Shown: positions 11,049 to 25,424, numbered from the stretch's first letter. The stretch is DNA of 64,000 nt from Neodothiora populina (GCF_041146345.1 NW_027191414.1:186001-250000), one strand, 5' to 3'. The notes: a model not told the origin generated them from the letters alone. A program made the numbers and translations.

Positions 11049-14000
11049 ATGATGGTGGCCTCTTGCCCATCCGATGGGTCTGTGACATGGCTATCAGGAC
11101 GCTGTGGAATTGACTTCACGGTCGCTTTCGAAGACTACGTTCTCATACTCATTCCCGCGACATGTCTTCTTCTGATCGCACCGATACGTCTACGGACCAT
11201 CTGGTCAAGGTCTATCAAAGTTGCCACGCCGACAGTTTTGCAACTTTCAAAAAACGTACGAGTATGATCTATGACGATCTATCTATCCGACTAATCGGTT
11301 GCAGCTGTCAGCACTTCTCTTTATTGGCTCAAGCTTTGCAATGCTGGTGGCCAATTGTACACGATCTGAGATAGCTAGGTCTGCAGAGATACCAGCTTCT
11401 GTCGTTGCGTTTCTTGCATCAGGGATCGCTTGCGCGTTGTCTTATTTGGAACATCTGAAGTCCATACGACCTAGCAAACTCTTGCAGCTCTACCTACTTG
11501 TGGCACTCGTAGTAGAAGCCGTCCATCTCAGAACCACGTGGACCCGGCATGATGATCTGGTCCTGCAATCGATTGGCATCCTGCAAGTAGTCTCTTGTGC
11601 CTCATTTCTTGCTGCCGAATCTGCGGGCAAAGAACACATTCTACTGACTCGGAAACGTCGATCGCCGCAAGATGTCAATGACCTTTTCAGTGAGCGTATG
11701 TTTTGGTGGCTTAATCACCTGTTCAAACAGGGCTATCGCAAGATTCTATTACCTACCGATCTGGATGAGACAGACAAAGACTTGTCATCCCCGGAGGTTG
11801 GCAGAAAGTTTCGCCTCGAGTGGCTCAGGCAGTACAATCGGAACCCGGAAGTATCGCTGATATGGATCACATTTTCAGCTTTGACATACGACGTCCTCTT
11901 CCCAGTTCTACCACGACTGTTGCTTCTCGGTGTGACTTTTGCACAACCATACCTTATTCTGAGATTCATAAATTACCTCGAGACCACAACCGAAGGTGGA
12001 ACTGAAGAGGGCGTGCTTCTTGTTCTCGCGACAGCAGTAGTGTACACTGCGATTGCTACCTTTCAAGGTAAGAGATTGATGCGTCCATAAACACTTCGTA
12101 CATTAACACTTGCTAGGATGGTATAAACAATCCGTCGGACGATTGTCAGTGAAAATCCGCGGTTGTCTCATTACCGCTCTACATGACAAGGCACTCAGAT
12201 GTCGATCGAGTGCAAAGTCATCGCCATTAATGCTCATGAATGTTGATGTCGAAAAGGCCGTCCTAGGGGTGAAGCAAATGCACGATTACTGGGCGACAAT
12301 ACTGGCAATAGGTATAGCATTGGCCCTCTTGTATATGCAGATCGGCTATGTCTTCATAGCTCCCCTGATACTCCTCGTCGCCCTGATCACTGCATCTTCT
12401 CTCAACGGAAAGAGAGTATTACCCAGACAAAAGATTTGGCTCTCGGCAACTCAAGATCGCGTCTCCTACATTACCGGTGTCATTGCTTCGTTGAAGAACA
12501 TCAAACTTTTGGGCATCGGCCCTTCGGTCCTGCAAGAGGGAACAGATTTTCGAGAACGCGAAGTCGAAGCTCACAAAGCGGTACGCCTTTCGATGCTTCT
12601 GAACATCACTTTGTCAAACTGTACATACCAGCTTGCAACTTTGGTACTGTACACAGCGTTTGCAGTCAGGACGCATTATGGTGGACCTCCACTTACAAAC
12701 ACGACACTGTTCACCTCTTTGAGTATTCTCAAATTATTCACGACACCGATGATGGACATGATTCAGGCAATCTCGACGACTTTGCAGGCCATATCGTCGT
12801 CGCAGAGGATCCAGAGCTATCTGATCGTCGATGGACATCCGGATCACAGGAGAATTGGCGCTATGGATGAGGACGATTCAGCCATACCTACGCAACCTAG
12901 CTTTAGATTGTCCGAAACACACCGGGTAGCACATTTACAGAATGTGACCTGCCAGTACTCACCAGACGCACCGGCTCTTGCAAATGTTTCATGCACGTTC
13001 AAGCCAGGCACTCTGACAATGATCTTGGGAAGGTGAGCATCCTGATTCTTACAAAATAAAATCCCCCCATGAAGATCTTCGTCTTTTATGACTGATCATT
13101 ACAACTGTGGAACGATAGGAAAAAGGCTAACAAGAAGATAGCGTGGGATCTGGCAAGTCAACCTTACTCAGGACATTACTAGGAGAGATGAACGTGACAA
13201 ACGGTTTCGTATCAGTAGCCACCGAAGACGCCGCATTCTGTGAGCAAACCCCGTGGCTATGGCATGGCACCGTCAAGGAAAACATCTGCGGAGCTTCTCC
13301 TTTCGATGGCAAATGGTTCGATCAGGTGATATGGGCATGTGCCTTGCAAGAGGACCTTCAACAATTCCCTAAAGGTATCCATACCCTGGTCGGAAGTGAC
13401 GGGACTGCCCTCAGCGGAGGTCAGAAGAACCGCATCAGCCTTGCACGAGCGCTTTATTCGCGCAAACGCCTTATGTTGTTAGACGACATCTTGTCAGGAC
13501 TGGATACACGAACTGAACAACGTGTCTGGAAGAGAGTCTTGGGTCCAACTGGCTTGTTAAAGACCTTAGGATGTACAGTTCTATTTGCAACGCATGCGAT
13601 TGGCTGGATACAATTTGCGGACTATGTCATATGTATTGCAGATGGCAAGATAGAGTACCAAGGTTCACCCAGAACGGCCCCGTCAGCATACAATTTGACA
13701 AAGACCGATACTAATCGACCACCATCGCCGAGTGAGCAGGACCATTATACTATCGACAGCACTAGCTATGAGGAAGCTGATACACAAAATCCAACCTTGC
13801 CCGAAGCGACACAGGGCTCGGATATGCGGGTCTACCGAACATATCTAAGATCGTTCGGAACCACACTGACACTCATATACTTCCTGTTATCTTCAGCGTT
13901 CACAGGCACTTCTGTCATGCAGAACCTGTGGCTCAAATGGTGGGCAAGTGCCAGTCCTATCGACCCCCAAGGACTGGCAAAGTATGCGGGAGTGTTTGGT

Positions 14001-15566
14001 GGCATCACGGCCGGGTTCGTCATGGTAGCATCCGCCTTCATAGGATTTTCGATGCTGGCACTGCTCCCTCGTTCGAGCAAGTACCTCCACGTACAGCAGT
14101 GGACCGCCTTGGTCAAAGTATCATTTGCCTCTTGGGGATCGAAAGACACAGGCAGTGTGGCGAACCGATTTTCCCAAGACATCTCCATCGTCGATTCACA
14201 ACTTTCCATGAACTTCATCAACTTCACAGCAATTGTATTTGACTGCATTGCCACCGCCGCACTTTTGATAATCGCAACGCCCTTCATTGCCGCAGCTCTG
14301 CCAGTGCTCCTCGTCATATTCTGGGCGATACAAAAGGTGTATCTACGGACGTCGAAACAACTGCGTATCCTGGATCTGGAAGCCAAAGCGCCCATGTGTA
14401 CACACTTCTTGGAGACCGTTTCAGGTATCGTCACCATCACAGCCTACCGCTGGTCCCAAGTGTATCATGATCGAAATGCCAAGCTTCTCGAAGACAGTCA
14501 GGTACCCTTCTACCTCCTGGAATCCGTGCAGAACTGGTTGTCCTTTGTTCTTAACCTCGTTGTTGCTGGACTCGCAACTACGGTCATGGCTATTGCAGTA
14601 AGACTTCGCAGCAATGTCGACGCTGGTTATGTCGGCTTGGCGTTGATCCAGATCATGGATTTAGGGATGTACTGCGAACAATTGATCGTCAGTTGGACTG
14701 GATTAGAGACGAGTTTGGGTGCAATAACTCGAATGAACGAGTTCATCGATGAGACTCCTCAAGAAGAGCAAGGACAAGTCAGTCCTCCACTAGATTGGCT
14801 CTCCAAGGGAGAGATACGAATTGAAAACCTTGTCGCCTCTTATTCGGAGACCGCGGAGCCAATACTCAAAAACATCAACCTCTCCGTCAAAGCTGGCGAA
14901 AAGGTAGCTCTCTGTGGCCGCACCGGGAGTGGCAAATCGAGTCTCGCGTCGTCGATATTCGGCTTGTTATACATTCGAGAGGGTAGCGTTAGCATTGATG
15001 ACGTTGACATCACAAAAGTGTCCCAGGACCTTCTTCGCTCTCAGATGGTAGCGATTCCCCAGGACCCTTACTTCTCACCAGGTACCGTCCGACACAATCT
15101 TGCTTTGACCGCTCCAGCTGTACATAGTCTGTCGGACTCAGCTATGCTAGATGCACTGAGAAAAGTCGGCCTATTCACGAAATTCAACGCACTAGCTGCA
15201 GAATCTGGAGATACGTGGCTCGGCGCGCTGGATGTCGAGTTGGAGCCTACGAACATGTTGACAAAGGGGCAGATGCAACTATTCGCCATGGCCAGGGCGA
15301 TAATTTCTGATGGACAGATCGTGCTTGTCGACGAAGCGACTAGCGGGCTTGATCACGCTTCAGAGATCATGGTCCAGAAGTTGTTGAGAGAGGAGCTCTC
15401 AGGCAGGACCATCATTGCCATCGCTCACCATCTCCAGACCATCATGGACTTCGACACAGTGATTGTCGTGGACAATGGAAGGATTGCGGAGATGGGCAGT
15501 CCAACAGACCTAGCACATGAAGAGGGTACTCTGTTCAGTCAGCTTCTCCGTGCTGCCGAGGAGTGA
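11049..15566 (+). CDS. ABCC/MRP-type ABC transporter (introns 11256-11304, 12068-12116, 13033-13141)
   Basis: TMD0 has DFTVAFED. NBD1 has spliced GSVGSGKS, LSGGQKNRISLARA and LLDD. NBD2 has GRTGSGKS, LTKGQMQLFAMARA, VLVDEATS and IAH. GT-AG introns restore one continuous frame. Confidence 0.92.
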
Positions 15567-16002
15567 CGATCTTTTCTCGTATACGACACACGGACTGGAC
15601 TGGCTTTTGATAAACATAAATATAACGAAAGTAGATGACCACGTTGTTCTAAATTGATTAAGGATCTCCTTGGCTTGCACATCCTGAGGTCGAATGACTG
15701 CCGACCACGCGACGAAATCAGCATCCGAGCCTGTTCCTCCGAGACAAGAATATGGGTTGTCTTATTCACACTCTACACACATGTCCTCGCTGTAATGTCG
15801 TCTGAACACAAAAGTAACAACGACAATAGCGCACCACCTCGGGACAGCGCATTGATGCAATTGCGCACTTCGGGGGGTTTCGCAATGCGCGGGCGGCCCG
15901 AGTGCTTTGCAGATCTCCCATATATATTAGCATCATAATATATTACAAACGGATCTGACGATGGACCGTTCAGCATAGATTATCTTAGCTTCTCCGAACA
16001 GA

Positions 16003-16011
16003 TTATCTGAT
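16003..16011 (-). promoter_or_regulatory. ATCWGATAA box (SreA/SRE-type iron GATA repressor site)
   Basis: TTATCTGAT is the reverse complement of ATCAGATAA; it lies upstream of the siderophore transporter. Confidence 0.5.
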
Positions 16012-16979
16012 CATATGACTTATAAGGGTTTTTCAGTTATTTATCATTACTTTGAATTTTGGCGACTAAGAGGCCGTCGTGTCGGTAGTAAAATCGCGAT
16101 TGGTATTGCTGAGCGTAGACTTAAGCATGTATTCAGATGCACATTACGAAGCCCAGACGAAATATTGTAAAAGCATTGCTCATGTGCATCCAGGATGAGC
16201 CATGTAGGTAGACCTCGCATCGGAAATTCGGTTCGGCAGACTGCATGCTGTGGTGATAAGGTGAGTTGTCGATACTATCTGCTTGACATAAATACATGGC
16301 AAGAGCCCCGAAGAGTGGTGTCTCCCGTTTAATCATTGACACACAGCCAACACTTGCGACCGCGATCGAAACCTGCACCCTGCTTGGTGATGCTATAGTC
16401 ATTAGACTTAATATGCATTCCTGTTCGTCCCGTCCCTCGTGCTACGCTTATTGCTATTTACACCGGAGCTCCTTCGGTTTCCGCAATGGCGCATGCTAGC
16501 TTTAGGCTGCAGCAAGAAACCAATCGATCATTTGCCTAGTCAGTTTATGGCGCTTCAGCATGGCGGCTTGTCCTGGCGAATCATACTGTCTCATGAAAAC
16601 CGTTTACAGCCCCCTGAACAAAGCCGACATAGCGGTCAGTCGGTGCATTGGTGACATAAAAGAAGTACAACACACATGGGAAAGCACCTGGTCAAAAGCC
16701 ACGAGATTCTTGAAGAAACGACATTGGAACGTTCACACCGAGACCCAGAAGCATCGCAGTGTCAAACGTCAAAGTCAAACTGTATCGCACCTAGACGAAA
16801 GCTGCCCGATATCCATGCCGAGCTTCAGTCTCCACAACGCGAAGCGAAGGCGCAGTTTTCCTCCGATGGGCACTCGTACGAGTCTTAAGAGACACCACAA
16901 ACCATACATTTACCGTCTGTGCGCCCAATGGTGGTCGTTAGCCGGTCTTTTGGCCCCGAAGCTTGACTCATCAGCGCGG

Positions 16980-16988
16980 ATCAGATAA
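16980..16988 (+). promoter_or_regulatory. ATCWGATAA box (SreA/SRE-type site)
   Basis: ATCAGATAA about 540 bp upstream of the transporter ATG. Confidence 0.65.
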
Positions 16989-17508
16989 ACCGAAAAGAGA
17001 TAGATCAGAAGATCTGATTGGGGGGCCTTCAGCCAGGTGACGCGCTCCACCCACAGTAGTCCGACTGCTAAGTCAACCCTCTCCTTAATAAGTTACCTTT
17101 GTGGCCCACTGCATTTCTCTTGGACTTTATTCTCTTTCAGTCGTCTTTGTTTCGTGTTTGAGAGCCCGAATGTTGTGATATCCCACCTTTGAGACTGTTC
17201 GGAGATACCTATTGCTATTCATCTTTTGTTTTACATGGATGTTGTTTTGACGCACATCTACCCGCAACTTTGAGCACGGCACGCACGGGTGAAGATCCGA
17301 GGCGGCGGACGACGACCCTGAGATTACCTCACAACTCCCCTTCTTAACGTCCTACATCCCTGTTTCCGCAATCAAACAACCACTTATTCTTATCTTGTAC
17401 GCATATATAAAGCTCTTATCGTTTTCCAACCACGCATGGCTGTCTCCCCGAGACATTGCCACGATAGTCCATGAATCGTTACTGCGTCTGAGTAAACCGT
17501 CCGGCAAC

Positions 17509-17517
17509 ATCTGATAA
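17509..17517 (+). promoter_or_regulatory. ATCWGATAA box (SreA/SRE-type site)
   Basis: ATCTGATAA two bases before the ATG at 17520. Confidence 0.55.
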
Positions 17518-17519
17518 TC

Positions 17520-19646
17520 ATGCCAGGCCTCAGGCGGCTATCCAGCCACGGCTCGACACTGCGGCGGCAGAGTCGGGAGAAGTTACGCAGGATGTCTCTA
17601 GACCGTGACTCTGTATATGACAGCGAGTCGAGCGAGTCCGACGTCGAGAGTCATGTTTCCGCCCAAGCAGGAGTCAAGAAGCTCGAGGCGACGGCTCTGT
17701 TGTGGTCGAAATGGTCGCTCATATTTGCATACGCCGGGTATGTTCTCTGTCTTCTTCGCATCTCTATTTTCTTGCTGACCGGATGGCCAGTCTCTACATG
17801 ATGGCTTACTCGACGTCATTGGAGGGTCAAGTGACTTCAAATCTTAGTGTGTTTGCCACAAGCGCGTTTGACGCGCATTCCTTGATTTCTACAGTAATGG
17901 TGGTACAAGGTGTTGTTTTGTGTGAGTCTTGTTTTACCATGCGTCCGAATGTAATGCTGATTAGTGCCGTAGCTGTGGTCAAGCCACCGATGGCTAAAAT
18001 GGCCGATGTTTGGGGTAGACTCGAAGCGTTCAGTCTGAGTGTCTGCCTCTACACCATTGGCTACATCCAGCAAGCAGCCGCCACGAGTGTCAAGACATAT
18101 GCTGCTGCGCAGATATTCTATGCCTCTGGCCAGACGGGTTTACAAATTCTACAGCAAATCTTCATCGCCGATACCAGTGATCTACTAAACAGGGCTATTG
18201 TCTCGACGATCCCGGATATTCCTTATCTTTTGAACGTCTGGATTGGCCCGCCCATCGCTGACAGCATATTGAAGAACCTTGGCTGGAGATGGGGCTACGG
18301 CATATGGGCCATCATTCTGCCTATCGCATTCATGCCTCTGGCTCTATCATTGACCCTGAATCAGCGAAAAGCCGCTGCGAGAGGTCTCCTCCCACCTTCG
18401 CCATTCCGCGGCAAGAGCAAGTGGGAGGTTATGAAAAGCCTGTGTATCGAAATGGATTTCTTTGGGTTGTTGCTCCTGCTGGCAGGCGTAGCTCTGATCC
18501 TCATTCCATTGACATTGGCTGCCTCCACAAAGGGAGCATGGGCGAACCCCAGTGTCATAGCCATGTTGGTGGTAGGTGGCGTGTGTCTCATCGCATTCCC
18601 ACTTTGGGAGAAGAGCGCTCGACTGGCTCCACGAGCTTTCTTCCCGCCAACACTGTTCCGAAATCGGACCGTTCTTGCAGGCATGGCATATGCCTTTTTC
18701 TATTTCATGGCATACTACCTATCGGTCCAACCCTATTTTTACTCCTACCTACTGGTGGTACAGGACCGATCCGTGACCGACGCTGGCCACATCACACAGA
18801 CCTTCACGTTTGCCGCAACAGTCACGTCCATCATCATCTCATTTGCGATAAAGTACACTAAGCACTACAAGTATTATGTCACCGCTGGCTCATGCATATA
18901 TCTTGTCGGCATTATACTGATGCTGAGATACCGAACTGAAGGAGTCGCTCCAGCAGTTCTTGTTGGCTGCCAAATCCTTGTTGGCATGGGCGGCGGCTTG
19001 AGTCATGTCCCTGCTCAGCTTGGAGTACAGGCTTCGGCTAGCCACTCTGAGGTTGGTGCGGCCACTGCTGCTTTCTTGACTATACTTGAGATTGGCGGAG
19101 CTGTTGGCTCGGCGATATCTGGCGCGATTTGGTCAAACAAGATACCCGAGAAGCTACAGGCATATCTCCCAGAAGCATCTAGACATGAGGCAAAGAAGAT
19201 CTTCGGCAGCGTGAAGTATGCCTCGACTCAGTTTCCCATGGGATCTCCCGAGCGAATTGCGATCAATCGCGCTTATCAAGAGACAATGACAAGTATCCTA
19301 ATGGTGGCGGTGCTTGCAGCACTCCCCCTGATCCCTTTGAGCTTGATGATGAAGAACTACAAACTCGATGAAGTAAGTACTACAAAACCTCGAATTGCAA
19401 ACACCACTGACAGTGTCTAAGATGGATCAGCAGGCCAAGGGAACAGTGATCGGAAGTGTAAATGAAGGCACTGAATCAGAGCGGGAGCCATTTGCCGGGC
19501 CTTCTACACAACACAGAGGCTATGGAAGCGACGAAGACACAGGTGCCATTGCGAAGGGTGCCCCCGATAGCAGACCATTGGATAGGTTCTCTTGGGGCAC
19601 TGGAACCTGGAAATCACACCAATCGAATGAAAACGACAAGGACTGA
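17520..19646 (+). CDS. siderophore-iron transporter, MFS SIT/ARN family (Sit1-like; introns 17738-17790, 17922-17972, 19373-19421)
   Basis: AQAGVKKLEA..WSKWSL, ATSAFDAHSLISTV, VKPPMAKMADVWGRLEAF, QQIFIADTSDLLNR, WRWGYGIW, GGAVGSAISGAIW and GSPERIAINRAYQETM are all typical of the Arn/Sit1/MirB family. Confidence 0.92.
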
Positions 19647-20752
19647 AACGAAGATACCCCCCAACACGTACATTGATTAGCGAGTCGTTTTTCCGCGAGT
19701 TTTGCAAAGCATAGAACCTTGGATTCTGCATTTGGTTTGATTTAGATATGATGACGATTGTAATGAACATGACAGCAGGGATGACGACGAGAAGTGAGAG
19801 CGAGCGATTTGTTGGGTTTGCTCTTGATTTTTACCTTAGATAGCTACCTAGATGAAGTGCATCATGCAGCTTAACATTGCTATTTTGACAGAACCTTCAC
19901 AGTGCAAGCCACCACCGCTCCTGCACATGACCAGTCTTAAGTCATGAATCACGCGAGATAAGACAGACCGCATGTCACCATCATGCCCTGGTCTTCGTCC
20001 TAGTCTCACGTCGAACATGCGCCGTATCCCGAAATTGCCAACAAACAAAAGGGACTGACAGGATGCGCCAAGACGGCGTCGCTCGCAGCAGATCTCTGTC
20101 ATGGTTCCAGCCCAAGCCTACCACCATCCGTACATACCATCAGGCTGCAACGCACTTGCACACAAACTTTTTGTGCATTATTGCTTTCCAGCAAAGCGCC
20201 AGGCTCTCTTTGACCGACTCCTTACGTCCGTAGAAGAGTGCTTGCCCTGACCTTAACAAGTCGGTTGGATACGAACATTTATCGGGTACCTACATCTTGA
20301 GTTGCGGCTGCGTGGTCGAGTGTGGAGTCCATGGAATAGACATAACCGCAGCGCTTAGCTGCGACCTTTGTAACAGCGCTTGGTCGTGTCTTGTCAATGA
20401 CCTCGCCGCTTTGTTTGATACCGACCGAGACTTGGTATTAATTGTTCGTCTGTTAGTACAAGTGAGGTAGGGTACACTTCCATGTCATCTGTTTTGAGAG
20501 GCACTGCGGCATGAGTCAGATTGCCAAAATTAACCCCGTTTTATTAGTATAGGCTGTCCGAGAAGTCAAATAAGCCCTTAGTTGTGGCCCCTACCTATTC
20601 TGGGACCTTTAGGAGGCGCGTGTGATGTTCTAGTACGATGGAATGTGTTTTACAAAGTAGATGCGGTACTACAGGGTTGCTCATTGTTATAAACCCGCAC
20701 TGTCCTTCCTCCTAAGGCGAACATCTTCAAAGCTTACTCACGGCATTGAAAT

Positions 20753-21967
20753 ATGAAGACAATTACTTTCGTCGTGCTGGCTAATGGACTAATGGCTACA
20801 CATGCCGCAGCAGCATTGTGGGATACCTCTTACTCCACACCCGACCTTGATTTCAATGCCACCAGCTTCGAACTCACATTCAAGCCGAATTGGGCGTCTG
20901 TCGCAGATAAATGTGTTTCGCCTCAGGCATTCAGTCAGTGCGAAAAGAACGCGACTGAGAAGGCGTACGATCCATGTTTGACAACTTGTGCATCGAAGCC
21001 TACTTCAGATCTCGCTGGGTCCGATCCCTGTCAGGAATGCACCTGTACTCTATCCGAGTTACAGATAGATTGTGCAATTCGATACTGCTGGAATCACGTC
21101 TACGGCTGCGAGTATCAGAAGACAGCCATGAACGCTGTGATAAGCTGTCTGGCTGCCGAAGACGAGGACGACGACGAAGATGACAATGGGGACGATAACG
21201 ACGACGCGGCTGCACAAATCGATGACGATTCAAGTGCACTTGACAAGGCTTTCGGTGGCGTTCCTTACTTTCCTGCACCTGCGAACCAAACTGACGGCGC
21301 TTGCTCTTGCAACATGGGTCTCGCCTGGAAAGCCGTTGAGACACAGCTTATGGGAACCGTCAAGTGCCGACAGGACGACACAAGCGACGACATAAGCCAA
21401 GAGTGTGGATGCTGTACTTACAGTGCTACATGGGACATTTACTACCAAGTCTGCCCGAATACCTCGCCTCACAACGTCGGCATCGACTGGGTTCTCGACT
21501 ACAACCTCAACAACTTCACCGGTGAGAGTTGTTTAGCCGACTTCATGTCCACTGCCGACTGCAAGTCTCGCGGGTTTAACCAACTTCCGGACGGCACTTA
21601 TGATTTTGCTGGTTACGACAACCTGACAGCCGCTGCTGCGAGTGCGACCGGAGCGCTGACTAACCGCCCTGGACAGCTGTCGTCACTACCCGGCGGTTCT
21701 GTCGCGACTTGGACTGTCAATAGTGATACGCTGACTGTTATCGCGACAAGCGCTACTGTCGTCAGCTCCATGGCATTAGTCACTGGCGGCAGCAGCGGTA
21801 CTAGTAATGGGGGCACTGCGAGTGGTACTGCCTTTTCAACAGCAGCAGCGGGTAGTGCATCTGCAGGTACCACGACTTCATCTACTGGCATAGCAGCGAC
21901 CGCGCGCGCAGATGCTGGTGTCGGAGCAATGGTTCTCGGACTTGCCGCCGTGGTCGCTCACTTTTGA
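20753..21967 (+). CDS. secreted Cys-rich, probably GPI-anchored cell-surface protein of unknown function
   Basis: Signal peptide; Cys-rich domain (CWNHVYGCEYQ, PYFPAP..GACSCNMG); acidic loop; Ser/Thr/Gly stalk; hydrophobic C-terminus (GAMVLGLAAVVAHF). Confidence 0.8.
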   Translation: MKTITFVVLANGLMATHAAAALWDTSYSTPDLDFNATSFELTFKPNWASVADKCVSPQAFSQCEKNATEKAYDPCLTTCASKPTSDLAGSDPCQECTCTLSELQIDCAIRYCWNHVYGCEYQKTAMNAVISCLAAEDEDDDEDDNGDDNDDAAAQIDDDSSALDKAFGGVPYFPAPANQTDGACSCNMGLAWKAVETQLMGTVKCRQDDTSDDISQECGCCTYSATWDIYYQVCPNTSPHNVGIDWVLDYNLNNFTGESCLADFMSTADCKSRGFNQLPDGTYDFAGYDNLTAAAASATGALTNRPGQLSSLPGGSVATWTVNSDTLTVIATSATVVSSMALVTGGSSGTSNGGTASGTAFSTAAAGSASAGTTTSSTGIAATARADAGVGAMVLGLAAVVAHF

Positions 21968-22970
21968 GTAGTGCAAAACCGCGATTTGAGCACGAGAGAA
22001 CGTGACCACAATTTTTGAGAGCTTAGCACGATTGGAGTGGCATCTGGATCATTGACAAGGTCTGATTGTGTATACAAGCATCTCATTAGTGTATAGGTCT
22101 GGAATCATGACTTGCACACACGACGCCAATAATGTAAAAGTCGACTGACTGTTCACGAGTAAGAAACATCCTCTAGGTAGCTACGAGTAAAGGGGGGAGA
22201 TGGCGTCTCCTCGGTTAGTTTTCTCTGTGAAGCTAATGTTGCAGTTCAAAGTACCCAATGTTGCATCTTTCCCCTGGCCGTATATTAGCAGAACTTGAGA
22301 CGTCCAGGTCCTGCGGCATGCACGGGGCCGGATCGTTGTTTATATTGACAATCAATAGAACCAAAGGATTTGGCCAAATCTGGCGCTTTAGCCAGTGAAG
22401 CAAGATTATCATTGCGGAGAAAAAACAAATAATGCAAAAAGATCAAAACAAAATTCGGCTTCCCAGAAGCAGTGTACAAAGCGAAGAGTACAATGTGATC
22501 TAGCCTAAAACAGCCATGGTTGCCATGCAGATAAGAGCAGATAGGCTAAGATGGCACTCATGTCTCGCTCTGCTCTTTCACCATTGATAGTTTGTGAGTG
22601 GAGCTGTACCACACGAGACACGGCACAGATTGAAGGAGGTCCCAGGAGGTCCAATTTCCCCCACGGGCGGCTGGCGACAGCGAGTGCGTCTAGGAGCCGG
22701 TCCGGGTTGCCTTCCTGTAGGCAAAGAAGTACCTGAGCTTGTCTGTGCGGCATATACCGTAGGGTGCTTGTGGCCGTTCGGCCAATCACCGACTGTAATT
22801 ACTGCATTCTTGGCACCGGCGAGCACAGCCATTCCTGTGCTTCAGCAGGTTCAGGTCGCACTGATCCCCGGCCGAAGAGCTCCAAAGGCGGTCGCAAAGT
22901 GATCAAACAACATCGCCCACATCTTCCTAGCGTGCAGGATTACGAGTGTTTCCAAGAAAGAGTGAGCGAA

Positions 22971-23006
22971 AGAGAGAGAGAGAGAGAGAGTTAGAGAGAG
23001 AGAGAG
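22971..23006. repeat. (AG)n microsatellite
   Basis: Read directly; interrupted once by TT. Confidence 0.9.
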
Positions 23007-23751
23007 CGACTGCCTTACTCACACAGAGCGAGCTGCATCTGTCGGTCCCGTGCAGTCTGCAGAAAAGTAAAGGGTCCTTTATTCTCCTGTCCTCCAGGTC
23101 GTTGTTGCCAATAGCACTGCTGCCATCATCATTGTCATTGTCGCTGCTGCTGTCGCTGCTGTCATCGACGTTGCTTTTGTCAATTGTGCTGCTGTGCAAT
23201 CCACAATTGCCATCCGCTTTGCGTGTCTATCCATCTCTATCTCTTGTCGCACAACCCCCCTGCGTTCAGGTGAAGATAGGGATCCAGAAACCACACTTGC
23301 AGCACAACACAATTAGGCGAGCTTCGTAGACCGCAATAGCTTCCCCGTCCCTCATTCTTTTTTCTGCCCTACAGAATTGTGCTCTTCCTACTGGTACGCA
23401 TCGAGTCCTTTTGTTCGTCTTTCTTGTCTTGTCGGCAGCGCATTTGCTTGTCTTCTCTGCAAACGTCATCCGACTGTCGCTGCCTTCCCTACCCGGACAG
23501 AATAGGATGTTTCGCTAACCATGAATGCTACCGCCATTCAGTCTTAGACCGTCTCGACGCCTTGACTCCAGCTGTCCACCTTCTGTCAATCCAATCATCT
23601 CGCTGTCGCATATATTTGGATTATTCTTCCGGCCATCTCTCTCCACTATACCCCGGATTTGATAGGCAAGATCCAGGACATCTGATTGTTACTTTCTCTC
23701 GTTTAATACCAAACCTACCCTCACCACGTAACACACTGCGACATTGCAAAT

Positions 23752-24598
<847 letters not shown>

Positions 24599-25424
24599 GT
24601 CAGCTTTACTCACCTAAGCAATCATATCGCAGCAAATCTCGCACGTTAACCTTCTGGCCAACCTGGCAGCGCTCTATCTGACCCACGACCATCACGGCAC
24701 ACCAAGGTGCCCCAATTCGGGTGTTCGGCGAACATGGCGCAGTGGAGTTTGTATACCTCTAAGACTGGCAGGTGTGTTTTTAGAATGAGCCTCTTATTTT
24801 CCCCACGATATTGTTTTTTTCGTTTTTCCCGGAAGAGCCGGTGGTCACCAATGGATTTGGGAGGAAGAGAGCCTTTCAACGCAACAAGTTGATCTCTAGA
24901 ATTGTTCTTCGCCATTTGCCATGTCAAGGCGTGGCGTTAGACTTCTGAAAGGTGGTAAGAGAGTGTTGGAACGAGGGCGGCAGGGCACAGATGCCATCAG
25001 ATAATCGAACCTCTGAGTATCATCCAGAGACGATAATCCCCCTCTCTGAGACGGCTAACATGTCTACACCTTTCTACGAAGAACCTGCTCTTAATGTAGC
25101 AGCCCCATTCGCAATATAAGTCAATTTTCATTTCTGTTGACAGAGCCGAGAGTCTCGTTTCATTGCTCGTTTCCAGTGTTTTATTCCTCACTTTTCTGTG
25201 TTGACGCCAAGGCTACACGTCTTACCACACGGTGAATTGGGACACTTACGCTTCCGTGAACCTTTCTTTTTCTATGCTCAAGGCAGACAATCATAATTCT
25301 TCTGGCTCGAGTGTCTCTTTGGAAAGTTTGAGAATTGGACACGCCATCGGCCATTCCTTTGGTCGCTTATCCAAGAAGTAACACCTTCTGGCTTCCTGTA
25401 CGTGATTCATTCACTTTGGTCGCG

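Noticed and set aside
17922..17972. Apparent 17-aa insertion in the siderophore transporter ORF
   Set aside because: It is an ordinary 51-nt stopless GTGAGT..GCTGAT..TAG intron.
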